This document shows positions 1 to 9,108 of a DNA stretch of 64,000 nucleotides, piece by piece (position 1 is the first letter of the stretch; every line of letters starts with the position of its first letter). A program made the translations under genes and the position numbers. The stretch is from Gemmatimonadota bacterium (GTDB lineage: Bacteria; Gemmatimonadota; Gemmatimonadetes; Longimicrobiales; RSA9): positions 19,777 to 83,776 of the forward strand of contig SLCC01000022.1 in NCBI GenBank assembly GCA_007126035.1. The letters are read 5' to 3'. The notes under the pieces are model-generated. The model searched no databases, was not told where the DNA came from, and saw only the letters and a program-made list of their open reading frames with translations.

Positions 1-370
1 CCGGATCGTGGACTACGAATTGGGCAAGCGGATCGTCGGGATCAAGAACGTGACGATCAACGAGCCCTTCTTCCAGGGTCACTACCCGGGTCATCCCATC
101 ATGCCCGGCGTCCTTATAATCGAGGCCATGGCCCAGGTGGGAGGGCTGCTGCTGATGGAGGTCATCGAGAACGCGGAAGACAAGGTCGTCTACTTCATGA
201 CCATGGACAACGTGAAGTGGCGGCGGCCAGTCACTCCTGGTGACCAGTTGGTGTTCGAGTTGGAGATGTTACAATTCCGGCGGCACCTGTGTCGGATGAA
301 GGGTGTCGGGTACGTGGACGGCCAGGTGGTGGCCGAGGCAGAACTCATGGCCCGGATCATGGACCGGTGA
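1..370 (+). CDS. fabZ: 3-hydroxyacyl-ACP dehydratase FabZ, C-terminal part (5' end lies outside the window)
   Basis: The frame of ORF 8..370 stays open to the window edge. The hotdog-fold active-site stretch FFQGHYPGHPIMPGVLIIEAMAQVGG is FabZ-like. It lies directly upstream of lpxA. It could also be the FabZ half of an LpxC-FabZ fusion. Confidence 0.85.
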   Translation, partial: RIVDYELGKRIVGIKNVTINEPFFQGHYPGHPIMPGVLIIEAMAQVGGLLLMEVIENAEDKVVYFMTMDNVKWRRPVTPGDQLVFELEMLQFRRHLCRMKGVGYVDGQVVAEAELMARIMDR

Positions 371-381
371 AGGATAGAGGA

Positions 382-1179
382 ATGTTCGAGGCACAGGCGC
401 TACCCGTTCCGGGTATCCACCCGAACGCGGTCATCGACGAGGACGCGGTACTCGGCGCGGGAGTCACGGTGGGCCCGGGCTCCATCATCGGGCCGGGTGT
501 GATCGTAGGCGAAGGGACCAGGATCGACTCCAATGTCCTGATCGAGCGGGACACCACGCTGGGCAGCCACTGCCGAGTGCACCACGGCGCCGTGCTGGGG
601 ACCGACCCCCAGGACCTGAAGTACGAGGGCGAGCCCGCGCATGTGGTGGTCGGAGACCGGACGGTGATCAGGGAGTACGTCACGGTCAACCGCGGTACAC
701 GGGCATCCGGCAAGACTGCCATAGGGAGCGACTGTCTGCTCATGGCTTACGCGCACGTCGCCCACGACTGCCACCTGGGCGACCGGGTCATCCTGGCCAA
801 CTCGGTGAACATGGGCGGGCACGTCACGATCTACGACTGGGCGATCATCGGCGGCATGACTCCGATCCACCAGTTCGTGCGGATCGGGGAGCACGCCTTC
901 GTGGGCGGCGCATCCCGGGTGGCCAAGGACGTGGCACCGTACGTCCGATGTGCGGGAAGCCCGCTGGAGGTGTTCGGCCTCAACAGCGTAGGCCTGCGGA
1001 GGCGGGGATTCGACGGCGCCGTGAGAACGGAGTTGAAGCGGGCATACCGGCTCTTCTTCCTCTCGAAACTGAACGTGAGTCAGGCCATAGCACGAGCCCG
1101 TCAGGAGCTGGAGTTGATCCCCGAAGTGGAGCGGTTCATCAGCTTTTTCGAGCATAGTGAGCGCGGAGTACATCTCTAG
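382..1179 (+). CDS. lpxA: Acyl-ACP--UDP-N-acetylglucosamine O-acyltransferase LpxA
   Basis: Hexapeptide left-handed beta-helix repeats (GAGVTVGPGSIIGPGVIVGEGTRIDSNVLIE...) are followed by the helical C-terminal domain typical of LpxA. The start is placed at ATG 382 (MFEAQ...), just after the fabZ stop. The track start at 289 would overlap fabZ with an Arg/Gly-rich extension. Confidence 0.85.
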   Translation: MFEAQALPVPGIHPNAVIDEDAVLGAGVTVGPGSIIGPGVIVGEGTRIDSNVLIERDTTLGSHCRVHHGAVLGTDPQDLKYEGEPAHVVVGDRTVIREYVTVNRGTRASGKTAIGSDCLLMAYAHVAHDCHLGDRVILANSVNMGGHVTIYDWAIIGGMTPIHQFVRIGEHAFVGGASRVAKDVAPYVRCAGSPLEVFGLNSVGLRRRGFDGAVRTELKRAYRLFFLSKLNVSQAIARARQELELIPEVERFISFFEHSERGVHL

Positions 1180-1182
1180 GCC

Positions 1183-2178
1183 ATGACAGTACGTATTGGA
1201 GTGGTGGGTGTGGGCAGCCTGGGTTTCCATCATGCCCGGATCGTACGGGAGCTGCCGGCAGTAGCGTCGTCGGGGGTACACGACATCGATTTTCGGAGGC
1301 TCGACGAGGTGGCCCGATCCCTGGAGATCTCGCCATACCGTGAGCTGGAGCCGCTGCTCGACGCATCCGATGCGGTGGTCATCGCCGTGCCGACCAGGGC
1401 CCATGAGGAGGTGGCAATCCGGGCACTGGAACATGGCTGCCACGTGCTGATCGAAAAACCCATCGCGCCCACCCTCGATGCCGCTGATCGGATCGTCGCG
1501 GCCGCCAAGACGGCGGACCGGGTAGTACAGGTGGGCCATGTGGAGCGATTCAACGGCGCTATCCGGGCGGCGGAGCCATACCTCGACCACCCGCTCTTCG
1601 TCGAGAGCCACCGCCTCGCCCCCTTTGGGCCTCGTGGCACCGATGTGGCCGTGGTGCTCGACCTCATGATCCACGACCTGGACCTGCTGCTGAGCCTGGT
1701 GCGCCGCCCCACCACCAGCGTGGCCGCCACCGGTGTGCCGGTACTGACACCCAGTCCGGACATCGCGAATGCCCGCCTCGAGTTCCAGGGTGGGTGCGTG
1801 GCCAACCTCACGTCCAGCCGGGTGTCCATGGAACGAATGCGCAAGGTCCGGTTCTTCCAGCCTTCCGGGTACCTGAGCCTGGACCTGGCCGCCGGACGTG
1901 GCGAATTCCTTCGGCTGCGCGAAGGAATCCAGCTCGAGCCAGGGGGGTACATCCAGATGGGCAGCCTCATGGATCTGGTGGACCGGCTCGAGTTGGTGGG
2001 TGATGAGCGCGAGCCGCTGAGGGTCGAGCTGGAGGCCTTCGCCGCCGCTGTGCGTGGCGAGGCCCCCGTCAAGGTGTCAGGTGAGGACGGACGCAGGGCG
2101 TTGCGTGTTGCCCTGGAGATCGTGGAGCGGATTGAAACACATGTCTCTGCTACGAATACGGCGCGAGCGAAGGTCTGA
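1183..2178 (+). CDS. Gfo/Idh/MocA-family NAD(P)-dependent oxidoreductase (GnnA-like position in the lipid A cluster)
   Basis: It has an N-terminal Rossmann motif (RIGVVGVGSLGFHHA) and the family EKP motif (VLIEKPIA). It is 331 aa and sits between lpxA and lpxB. Confidence 0.8.
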   Translation: MTVRIGVVGVGSLGFHHARIVRELPAVASSGVHDIDFRRLDEVARSLEISPYRELEPLLDASDAVVIAVPTRAHEEVAIRALEHGCHVLIEKPIAPTLDAADRIVAAAKTADRVVQVGHVERFNGAIRAAEPYLDHPLFVESHRLAPFGPRGTDVAVVLDLMIHDLDLLLSLVRRPTTSVAATGVPVLTPSPDIANARLEFQGGCVANLTSSRVSMERMRKVRFFQPSGYLSLDLAAGRGEFLRLREGIQLEPGGYIQMGSLMDLVDRLELVGDEREPLRVELEAFAAAVRGEAPVKVSGEDGRRALRVALEIVERIETHVSATNTARAKV

Positions 2179-2278
2179 ATCGACAGGCCCGGTGCGGCCG
2201 CCCAGGCTGGGTCGGCTGCTGTTCGGGCTCGCGCTGGTCCTGTTCCTGATCTGGTATCTGTCCGGTCTCGGCGGCTGA
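2141..2278 (+). CDS. Possible 45-aa small membrane protein
   Basis: An internal ATG of ORF 2054..2278 gives MSLLRIRRERRSESTGPVRPPRLGRLLFGLALVLFLIWYLSGLGG. This has a basic N-terminus and one hydrophobic helix. Its stop overlaps the lpxB ATG (TGATG). It fills the otherwise empty 100-nt gap. No homology support is available. Confidence 0.25.
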   Translation: MSLLRIRRERRSESTGPVRPPRLGRLLFGLALVLFLIWYLSGLGG

Positions 2279-3414
2279 TGGGCTCTGGCCCCACGATCTT
2301 CCTTTCCGCCGGAGAGCCATCCGGCGACCTGCACGGGTCCGCCCTGGCGGAGGCGCTCCGGCGACGCTGGCCCCATGCCCGGCTGCTGGGCCTGGCCGGC
2401 CCGCGCATGGAAGCCGCCGGCGTGGAGGCGGTGGCGCCGTTCGATCGCCTGGCCCTCATGGGCTTCGTGGAGGTGGTGCGGCACATTCCCTTCTACGCGG
2501 GGCTCCTGAGGCGCACGGTCCAACGGATCATCGACGAGCAGGTCGACCTGGTCATCCCCATCGACTATCCTGGTTACAATCTGCGCCTGGCCCGCAGGGC
2601 GGCAGCCCGGGGTATACCGGTCCTCTACTACATCGCGCCCCAGGTCTGGGCATGGCATCGCAGTCGGGCGGCAACGCTGGCGAAGTCGACGGATCGATTG
2701 GCGGTGATCCTGCCGTTCGAAGAGCGGCTGTTCCGGGGTTACGGTGCCAGCGCCCGGTTCGTGGGTCACCCGCTCCTGGACGACGACGGTGGCCCTCGGC
2801 AGCCCCGGGAGGCCTTCTGCGCTGCCCTGGGACTTGATCCCGGTCGCCGGATCCTGGCGCTGTTCCCCGGCTCCAGGCTCCAGGAGGTGGAGCGTCACCT
2901 GGAGCCGTTCGTGGCCGCGGCGAAGCGGGTGGTGGAAGCCCGCTGGCACGTGCAGCCGGTGATCGCCCGGTCGCCGGACGTTCCTGAGTCGGCGTACAGG
3001 GCAGCTTCGTACCCGGTGGCTGAGGAGAGCCGGACACTCCTTGCCCACGCCCACGTCGCGCTGGTAAAGTCCGGCACCACCACCCTGGAGGCGGCGCTGG
3101 CGGAGGTCCCCATGGTGATCGCCTACCGGACCCATCCCGCCACCTACTGGCTGGCCCGGCGCCTGGTAAAGGTGGATCACGTGGGTCTCGCCAATCTCGT
3201 GGCCGGCTCCCGGGTAGCGCCCGAGCTGCTCCAGGATGAGGTGACACCTGCCACGCTGGCAGGGCAGCTCCTGCCGCTGGTGGACGAGGGGCCGACCCGG
3301 GATGCAGCGCTGCGCGGGCTGCGATCCGTGCGAGACGCGCTGCACGTGGACGAGCCGGGCACCACGGCGGAGCGGGTGGCGTCCCTGGCAGGCGAGATCC
3401 TGGAGGGGCGGTGA
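2278..3414 (+). CDS. lpxB: Lipid-A-disaccharide synthase LpxB
   Basis: The N-terminus IFLSAGEPSGDLHGSALAEAL and the later motifs YYIAPQVWAWH and KSGTTTLEAAL are characteristic of LpxB. It is 378 aa and lies in a lipid A gene context. Confidence 0.88.
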   Translation: MGSGPTIFLSAGEPSGDLHGSALAEALRRRWPHARLLGLAGPRMEAAGVEAVAPFDRLALMGFVEVVRHIPFYAGLLRRTVQRIIDEQVDLVIPIDYPGYNLRLARRAAARGIPVLYYIAPQVWAWHRSRAATLAKSTDRLAVILPFEERLFRGYGASARFVGHPLLDDDGGPRQPREAFCAALGLDPGRRILALFPGSRLQEVERHLEPFVAAAKRVVEARWHVQPVIARSPDVPESAYRAASYPVAEESRTLLAHAHVALVKSGTTTLEAALAEVPMVIAYRTHPATYWLARRLVKVDHVGLANLVAGSRVAPELLQDEVTPATLAGQLLPLVDEGPTRDAALRGLRSVRDALHVDEPGTTAERVASLAGEILEGR

Positions 3415-4067
3415 GGAAAGGTCTCCGCTCCATTTTCGGGGGGTTGGCGGGCCGACTCCTGGTAGGCGCACTCATGGCCACCATCCGCTTTCGTACCGAG
3501 CACCGGGAGCGGTTCGACGCGTACGCGGACGCCGGGAAGCCGGTGCTGTACGCGGCGTGGCATGGCCGCCTCCTGCCGCTTACCTATTATCACCGTGGCC
3601 GCGGGCTGGGCGCCATGATAAGCCGCTCGGCCGACGGGGACTACATTGCCCGCATCGCCGCGGGTTGGGGCTTCGATGCCATCCGCGGCTCGACCAGTCG
3701 GGGTGGGCGGGAAGCATTGCGGGAGGTGGTGCGACGGGTGCGCAGCGGCCAGTCGGTGGCGCTCACACCTGACGGGCCGAGAGGCCCGCGGCAGAAGGTA
3801 CAGCCGGGAGTGGTGCGTGCAGCGCAACTGGCGGGTGTGCCGATCCTGCCGGTGACCGCTGGCTGTAACCGGGCGTGGTGGCCGGGGAGTTGGGACAGGC
3901 TCTGCATCCCGAAGCCGTTTTCCAGGGTGCTGGTGGTGTACGGCTCACCGCGGCATGTGCCGCGGGATCTGAGCGATTCGGAGTTCAGGAGACATGTGCT
4001 GGAGCTGGAAGCCGAGATGAACAGGCTCACCGAGCGGGCGGACCGTGACGGCGGACCCAGAACGTAA
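3411..4067 (+). CDS. DUF374 / lysophospholipid-acyltransferase-like protein
   Basis: The motifs WHGRLLPL, SRSADGDYIA, RGSTSRGG and LTPDGPRGPR match the DUF374 family often found beside Kdo transferase or lpx genes. The GTG start overlaps the lpxB stop. Confidence 0.7.
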   Translation: MRKGLRSIFGGLAGRLLVGALMATIRFRTEHRERFDAYADAGKPVLYAAWHGRLLPLTYYHRGRGLGAMISRSADGDYIARIAAGWGFDAIRGSTSRGGREALREVVRRVRSGQSVALTPDGPRGPRQKVQPGVVRAAQLAGVPILPVTAGCNRAWWPGSWDRLCIPKPFSRVLVVYGSPRHVPRDLSDSEFRRHVLELEAEMNRLTERADRDGGPRT

Positions 4068-5088
4068 CGGGCCCTATCAGGACCGTCTCGGTCCAGCGGA
4101 TGCGGTCCAGCGTCTCTGGGCTGGAGAAACCGGGGCCGCCGGCCGGGTCCTGGGCGCGCTCCTCATGCCCGCGGAGCTGGGGTACAGCGCGGTCATGCAG
4201 GCTCGCAACATGGCCTACGTCTCGGGCCTGGCCGGTCGTCATTCACCGCCGGTCCCCGCCATCAGCGTGGGGAACATAACCGTTGGCGGAACCGGCAAGA
4301 CCCCCATGGTCCGCTGGCTGGTGCGTGAGCTGCAACTGCGGGGTCGGACGCCGGGAATCTTGCACGGGGGCTACGCGGAGGACGAGCCGGCACTGCACCG
4401 CCTCTGGTTCCCGGACCTGCCGGTGGTGGCGGAGAAGGACCGGTTGAGGGGCGCGGGTCGTGCCATGGAACAGGGCGCCGATGTGCTGGTGCTGGACGAC
4501 GCATTCCAGCACCGGCGCCTGCGCCGTGACCTGGATATCGTGCTGGTGGCAGCGGAGACCTGGAGCCGGCAGGCGCGACTGCTCCCCCGTGGCCCCTACC
4601 GGGAGTCGCCGCGGTCGCTGCGTCGGGCTGACGCGATCATCGTCACACGCCGTGTCGCTCCTCCGGAACAGGCGGCTCGGACGGAGCTGGAGGTGGCCCG
4701 CATCTCGGGCCGGCAGACGGCGCGTGCGCTCCTGAGCCCGACCGGCTGGCTAGGCTCAGACGGCCAGGTGCGGGAGGGGCGGCCTGAGGGTCCGGCGCTG
4801 GGTGTTGCAGGGATTGCCCGGCCCGACGATTTCTTCGACCAGGCGGAGGCGTGGGGAGTGGAGCTGGTTGACGCCATCGCCTTTCCTGATCATTACGTTT
4901 ACAGAGAGGCCGACGCCCGTGAGCTGGAGCGGCTCGCGGCGGGTGGCCCGGTGGTGATGACTGCCAAGGACGCGGTGAAGCTGGCGCCTCTGATGGGGGA
5001 GGCCGACCTGTGGATATTGGAGCAGGCGGTCACTTTCGAGAGCGGGCGAGCCCGACTGCTGGGGGCGGTCGAGGAGATTCTCGATTGA
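4045..5088 (+). CDS. lpxK: Tetraacyldisaccharide 4'-kinase LpxK
   Basis: The P-loop context [18 protein letters not shown] is the LpxK signature. It is 347 aa. The exact start is uncertain, because GTG 4045 overlaps the previous gene by 23 nt. Confidence 0.8.
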   Translation: MTADPERNGPYQDRLGPADAVQRLWAGETGAAGRVLGALLMPAELGYSAVMQARNMAYVSGLAGRHSPPVPAISVGNITVGGTGKTPMVRWLVRELQLRGRTPGILHGGYAEDEPALHRLWFPDLPVVAEKDRLRGAGRAMEQGADVLVLDDAFQHRRLRRDLDIVLVAAETWSRQARLLPRGPYRESPRSLRRADAIIVTRRVAPPEQAARTELEVARISGRQTARALLSPTGWLGSDGQVREGRPEGPALGVAGIARPDDFFDQAEAWGVELVDAIAFPDHYVYREADARELERLAAGGPVVMTAKDAVKLAPLMGEADLWILEQAVTFESGRARLLGAVEEILD

Positions 5089-6653
5089 GACAGCATCAGG
5101 TGGATGTGCTCGTGATGGGCTCTGGCATCGCTGGGCTGACGTTCGCCTTGAAAGTTGCCGACCGGGCGAGCGTGATCATAGTGACGAAGAAGCGGCGTGC
5201 CGACTCGAACACGAATTATGCGCAGGGCGGGATCGCCGCGGTGATGAGTCCCACGGACAGCTTCGAGCTTCACCTGCAGGACACCCTCCGCGGCGGTGCA
5301 GGGCTGTGCCACGAGGACGCGGTGCGGGAACTGGTCCGGGAAGGGCCCGACCGGATTCGCGAGCTCATGGAATGGGGCACCGAGTTCACGCGTTCCGGCG
5401 GTCGGTTGTCGCTGGGTCGCGAGGGCGGGCACTCCCGACGGCGCATAGTCCACGCCCAGGACCTCACGGGTCGGGAGATCGAGCGAGCTCTTCTTCAGGC
5501 CGTGGCTGAGCATCCCTCCATCGTCACCTGCGAGGACCACCTGGCCCTCGATCTCCTGGTGGGAGAGCGGGCTGGACGGCCCACGTGTGCCGGCGCCCTG
5601 ATCTACGACCACCGGGACGAGCACCTGGAGGTGGTTCATGCACGTCGGATACTCCTTGCATCCGGTGGGCTGGGCCGTGTCTACCGTCACACCACCAATC
5701 CCGACATCGCAACGGGAGACGGAGTGGCCATGGCCTACCGGGCAGGGGCGGCGGTGGCGAACCTGGAATTCGTCCAGTTCCACCCCACGGCTCTCTATCC
5801 GGCCGAGGGCCAGGCGGTGCTGATCTCCGAGGCGGTAAGAGGTGAGGGCGCGGAGCTGTACACGCTCGATGGCCGCCGTGTGATGGAGGGCCACCCCATG
5901 GGCTCACTGGCCACGCGGGATGTGGTGGCGTTGCAGATCGACCGCGTGCTGAAGGAGACCGGTGCGCCCCACGTGCTCCTGGACCTGAGCTCGATCCCCG
6001 CCGACCAGATACCCCAGCGTTTTCCCACCATCATGGAGGCGTGCGCAAGACAGGGGGTGGACATCCTCCGCGAGCCGATTCCCGTGGTGCCGGCGGCGCA
6101 CTATGCCTGCGGTGGCGTCCAGACGGACCGGGCTGGGCGCACCGGCCTCGATGGCCTCTACGCCGCTGGTGAGGTGGCGTGCACGGGCGTGCACGGAGCC
6201 AATCGGCTGGCGTCCAACTCTCTGCTGGAGGCGGTGGTGTTCAGCCATCGAGCGGCCCAGTCCGTGCTCAAGGAGATCGACCTGCCGCATCTGGACGTGC
6301 CGCCAGAGGATGTGGGGGCGCCGGGCACGGCGGCACCGGAGTGGCGTGACATCCAGCAGGAGCTGCGCTCGCTGATGTGGGAGCAGTGCGGCATCGTGCG
6401 CAGCGATGCCCGCCTCGAGCAGGCGTCCCGGCGGGTGGATGCGCTCCGCGCCCGGGCCAACGAGCTGTATCGAGCGGGGATAGTGGATACCGACCTGGCA
6501 GAGACGCGGAACCTGTGTGACGTGGCGTCGCTCGTGGTCCGGAGCGCCCGGCGCCGGAAGGAGAGCCGTGGCCTCCACTTCAACGAGGACCACCCCGTCG
6601 CGGACGAGCGCTACAGGAAGGACACCGTCATCCACCCTGAGCGGGAGGTATGA
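5085..6653 (+). CDS. nadB: L-aspartate oxidase NadB
   Basis: It has the FAD-binding N-terminus VDVLVMGSGIAGL and flavoprotein motifs (NTNYAQGGIAA, RHTTNPDIATGDG, HYACGGV, GANRLASNSLLE). The start is taken as TTG 5085, overlapping the lpxK stop. The track start 5010 is an upstream extension. Confidence 0.85.
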   Translation: MRQHQVDVLVMGSGIAGLTFALKVADRASVIIVTKKRRADSNTNYAQGGIAAVMSPTDSFELHLQDTLRGGAGLCHEDAVRELVREGPDRIRELMEWGTEFTRSGGRLSLGREGGHSRRRIVHAQDLTGREIERALLQAVAEHPSIVTCEDHLALDLLVGERAGRPTCAGALIYDHRDEHLEVVHARRILLASGGLGRVYRHTTNPDIATGDGVAMAYRAGAAVANLEFVQFHPTALYPAEGQAVLISEAVRGEGAELYTLDGRRVMEGHPMGSLATRDVVALQIDRVLKETGAPHVLLDLSSIPADQIPQRFPTIMEACARQGVDILREPIPVVPAAHYACGGVQTDRAGRTGLDGLYAAGEVACTGVHGANRLASNSLLEAVVFSHRAAQSVLKEIDLPHLDVPPEDVGAPGTAAPEWRDIQQELRSLMWEQCGIVRSDARLEQASRRVDALRARANELYRAGIVDTDLAETRNLCDVASLVVRSARRRKESRGLHFNEDHPVADERYRKDTVIHPEREV

Positions 6654-7129
6654 GGAGCGTGCAGGTGTCGGTCGTGGCGGTGGGTCGGCCGGGTCGACTG
6701 CTGGAACCGCCTATAGCAGAGTACGAGCGGCGGGCCGCCCGCTACTGGAAGCTTCACGTGGAGACGGTGAAGGCCGAGACGGCGTCGCGTAACAGACCGG
6801 TGAAAGAGGTGCTGCGCGCCGAGGCCGATCGCCTCAGGGCGGCGGCGCCGGACGGTCAGGAGCTTGTGGCACTAACCCGACGGGGACGAGCCTGGAGCTC
6901 CGAGGAGCTGGCGGGATACCTGCAGGACCTGGCATTGAGGGGCATGGCCGGTGCCACGTTCATTGTCGGTGGCGCCGGCGGCATCGCGGACGAGCTGCTG
7001 GAGGAATGTCGACACCGCCTCTCGCTATCGGCCATGACCATGCCCCATGACCTGGCGCGCCTGGTGCTGGCGGAGCAGTTGTACCGAGCGGGGACCATCC
7101 TCCGCGGCGAGCCTTACCACAAGGGCTGA
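6650..7129 (+). CDS. rlmH: 23S rRNA (pseudouridine1915-N3)-methyltransferase RlmH
   Basis: A 159-aa SPOUT-type protein with an RlmH-like layout (VVAVGR...YERR at the N-terminus, IVGGAGG..., LSLSAMTMPHDLARLVLAEQLYRA at the C-terminus). It has an ATGA overlap with nadB. Confidence 0.8.
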   Translation: MRSVQVSVVAVGRPGRLLEPPIAEYERRAARYWKLHVETVKAETASRNRPVKEVLRAEADRLRAAAPDGQELVALTRRGRAWSSEELAGYLQDLALRGMAGATFIVGGAGGIADELLEECRHRLSLSAMTMPHDLARLVLAEQLYRAGTILRGEPYHKG

Positions 7130-7149
7130 CGACGGAAAGGTCGAAAACG

Positions 7150-8814
7150 GTGAGTCTCGATATCCAGGTCCGAACGATCGGTGGAGGGCCGCTCGTGGAC
7201 GACTACCTCCGGTGGGATTCCCGGGTTGCCGCCTTCTTTGCCGGCTCGCCGTTCGACGTGGCCTCGTACCGCAGCAGGATCAGGGAAGTAAGCTCGCGGT
7301 TCGATCCTGTCGGTTCGGTTGCCATCACGGACGCGGTCCAGCCGCTCAGCGACGGTGCTGTCAGCCGGCTGGCTTCCATAGCGCGGGGAGAGGGTTTCTT
7401 CGTTACGACCGGCCAGCAGCCCGGCCTGTTCAGCGGCCCGTTGTACACGGTCCACAAAGCGCTGACTGCCGTGGCCCTGGCATCACGACTCGAGGCGCTC
7501 CTCGAGGTGCCGGTGCTGGCCCTGTTCTGGGTCGCCTCCGATGACCATGACTGGGAGGAGGCGAACCACGTCCACCTGGTTGACACGAGCAACGCCCTGC
7601 GCCGCCTGGCTCTGACGGGGAGCCCGGACCCGCCCCGGTCCATGGGACGCCGGCGCGTGGACGGGAGCGCGGCCGGCGCGCTACAGGAGCTTGCCCGGAT
7701 CCTGCCGCCATCCGAGTTCACCCCGGACCTGTTGGCCGGGCTGGAAGCGGACTACGGCGAGGCCGCCTCGGTGGCGGGCGCCTTCCGGGCAACGGCAGCC
7801 CGGTTGTTCCAGGGGCTGGACATGGGGCTGGTTGACAGTCAGCACCCGAGGGTCCGGGAGCTCGGCGCGCCTATACTGCGGCGGGCGTTGGAGCAGGCGG
7901 CGGCGGGGGAGGACCAGCTGGCGGCTCGGACCCGCCAGCTGGAGGAGGCGGGCTACGAAGCCCAGGTAGCGGTTCTCCCCGGGTCGAGCCAGGTGTTCCA
8001 CGAGGATGAGCAGCACGGGCGGGAGCGCTTGCTGCGCAATGGATTTTCCTGGGTGCTCCGGACTTCGGGCAGGCGGCTCCAGGACGACGAGCTGTGGGCA
8101 TTGTTCGACGAGGATCCGGCCAGGTTCTCGCCGAACGTGACGCTCCGTCCCGTCCTGGAGAGCGCGATCATCCCGACCGTGGCGTATGTGGCCGGTCCCG
8201 GCGAGTTGAGTTACCTGGCCCAGACCGGCTCGCTGTTCGAGGCACACGGGGTGGGTATGCCGTTGGTGTTCCCCCGCGTCAGCGTCGTGCTGGTGGAGGG
8301 AAAGGTTGCCAAGGTACTGGGGAAGTTTTCCCTGGAAGTGGATGAGTTCCACCAGCCGGTCCACGAGATCATCGGAGACGTGGTGCGAGAGGACGTTCCG
8401 ACCCCGGTCCGGGATACCCTTTCGCGGCTCCGTGGGCTGCTCGAATCGGAGTACGAGGAGCTGAGCGCCAGTGCCCAGGAAGTGGATGCCACGCTGTCGG
8501 GTCCGATCCGTGCCGCCCGGAACGAATCCTTCCGGGCCCTCTCGGAGGTGGAGAAGAAGATCCGACAGCACGTCAAGTTGAGGCAGCAGACAGAGCTGGA
8601 GCAGATCGAGAAGGCGGCGATCAACCTCTTCCCGCTGGGCAAGCCCCAGGAGCGTGTCCTCAACGTGCACCAGTATCTGGCCAGGTACGGGGACGGGCTA
8701 CTGGCGGACATCCTGGCCGCGGCCCGTGCAGCGGTGAATTCCCGACTGGGCCCTGCCGGCTCATCGGTGCCCGCGCCGGTGTCGCCTACATGGCATCGAG
8801 CAGGGCTGGAATGA
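7150..8814 (+). CDS. bshC: Bacillithiol biosynthesis cysteine-adding enzyme BshC
   Basis: A 554-aa protein with the BshC signature TGQQPGLFSGPLYTVHKALTAVALA, plus VAGPGELSYL and a C-terminal coiled-coil region. It uses a GTG start. Confidence 0.7.
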   Translation: MSLDIQVRTIGGGPLVDDYLRWDSRVAAFFAGSPFDVASYRSRIREVSSRFDPVGSVAITDAVQPLSDGAVSRLASIARGEGFFVTTGQQPGLFSGPLYTVHKALTAVALASRLEALLEVPVLALFWVASDDHDWEEANHVHLVDTSNALRRLALTGSPDPPRSMGRRRVDGSAAGALQELARILPPSEFTPDLLAGLEADYGEAASVAGAFRATAARLFQGLDMGLVDSQHPRVRELGAPILRRALEQAAAGEDQLAARTRQLEEAGYEAQVAVLPGSSQVFHEDEQHGRERLLRNGFSWVLRTSGRRLQDDELWALFDEDPARFSPNVTLRPVLESAIIPTVAYVAGPGELSYLAQTGSLFEAHGVGMPLVFPRVSVVLVEGKVAKVLGKFSLEVDEFHQPVHEIIGDVVREDVPTPVRDTLSRLRGLLESEYEELSASAQEVDATLSGPIRAARNESFRALSEVEKKIRQHVKLRQQTELEQIEKAAINLFPLGKPQERVLNVHQYLARYGDGLLADILAAARAAVNSRLGPAGSSVPAPVSPTWHRAGLE

Positions 8815-8856
8815 GGACCGTTGCCCTGATGGAGCGGGCCCATCTATGATCCCTCC

Positions 8857-9108
8857 ATGATGTGGCTATTTTTCGTCCTCGTCCTTCTCATCCCGCTCAT
8901 GGCGGTGGTGCTGGATTCCCAGCTCGGCAGGGCGCTGGCCCGGCGGATCGAGGAAGGGGGTGGCTCGCCGGAGCGGATCGCAGCCCTGGAGGCGGAGTTG
9001 GAGCGGCTGGGCCGGGAGCTCGAGCTGCTGCGAGAGCAGACGGAGTTCATCGACCGACTCCTGGACGAGAAGCAGCGAGGGCGGCTGCCGCGTGGCGAAG
9101 GTGACTGA
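8857..9108 (+). CDS. Small membrane-anchored coiled-coil protein (PspB-like architecture)
   Basis: 83 aa with an N-terminal TM helix (MMWLFFVLVLLIPLMAVVL) followed by a heptad-like helix (ERIAALEAELERLGRELELLREQTEFIDRLL). The assignment rests on architecture only. Confidence 0.45.
   Translation: MMWLFFVLVLLIPLMAVVLDSQLGRALARRIEEGGGSPERIAALEAELERLGRELELLREQTEFIDRLLDEKQRGRLPRGEGD

Noticed and set aside
3410-3430. GAGGAAAGGTCTCC, which resembles the RNase P RNA P4 motif GAGGAAAGUCCGG
   Set aside because: It lies at the lpxB/DUF374 coding junction. It has no surrounding RNase P-like helices and is only a partial match.
400-3471. Long minus-strand ORFs 400..1674 (424 aa), 1230..2486 (418 aa), 2077..3471 (464 aa) and 2552..3484 (310 aa), lying antisense to lpxA, the oxidoreductase and lpxB
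   Set aside because: These are shadow frames typical of GC-rich DNA. Their translations are Arg/Pro/Gly/His-rich and low in complexity with no recognisable motifs. The plus-strand genes have clear family signatures.
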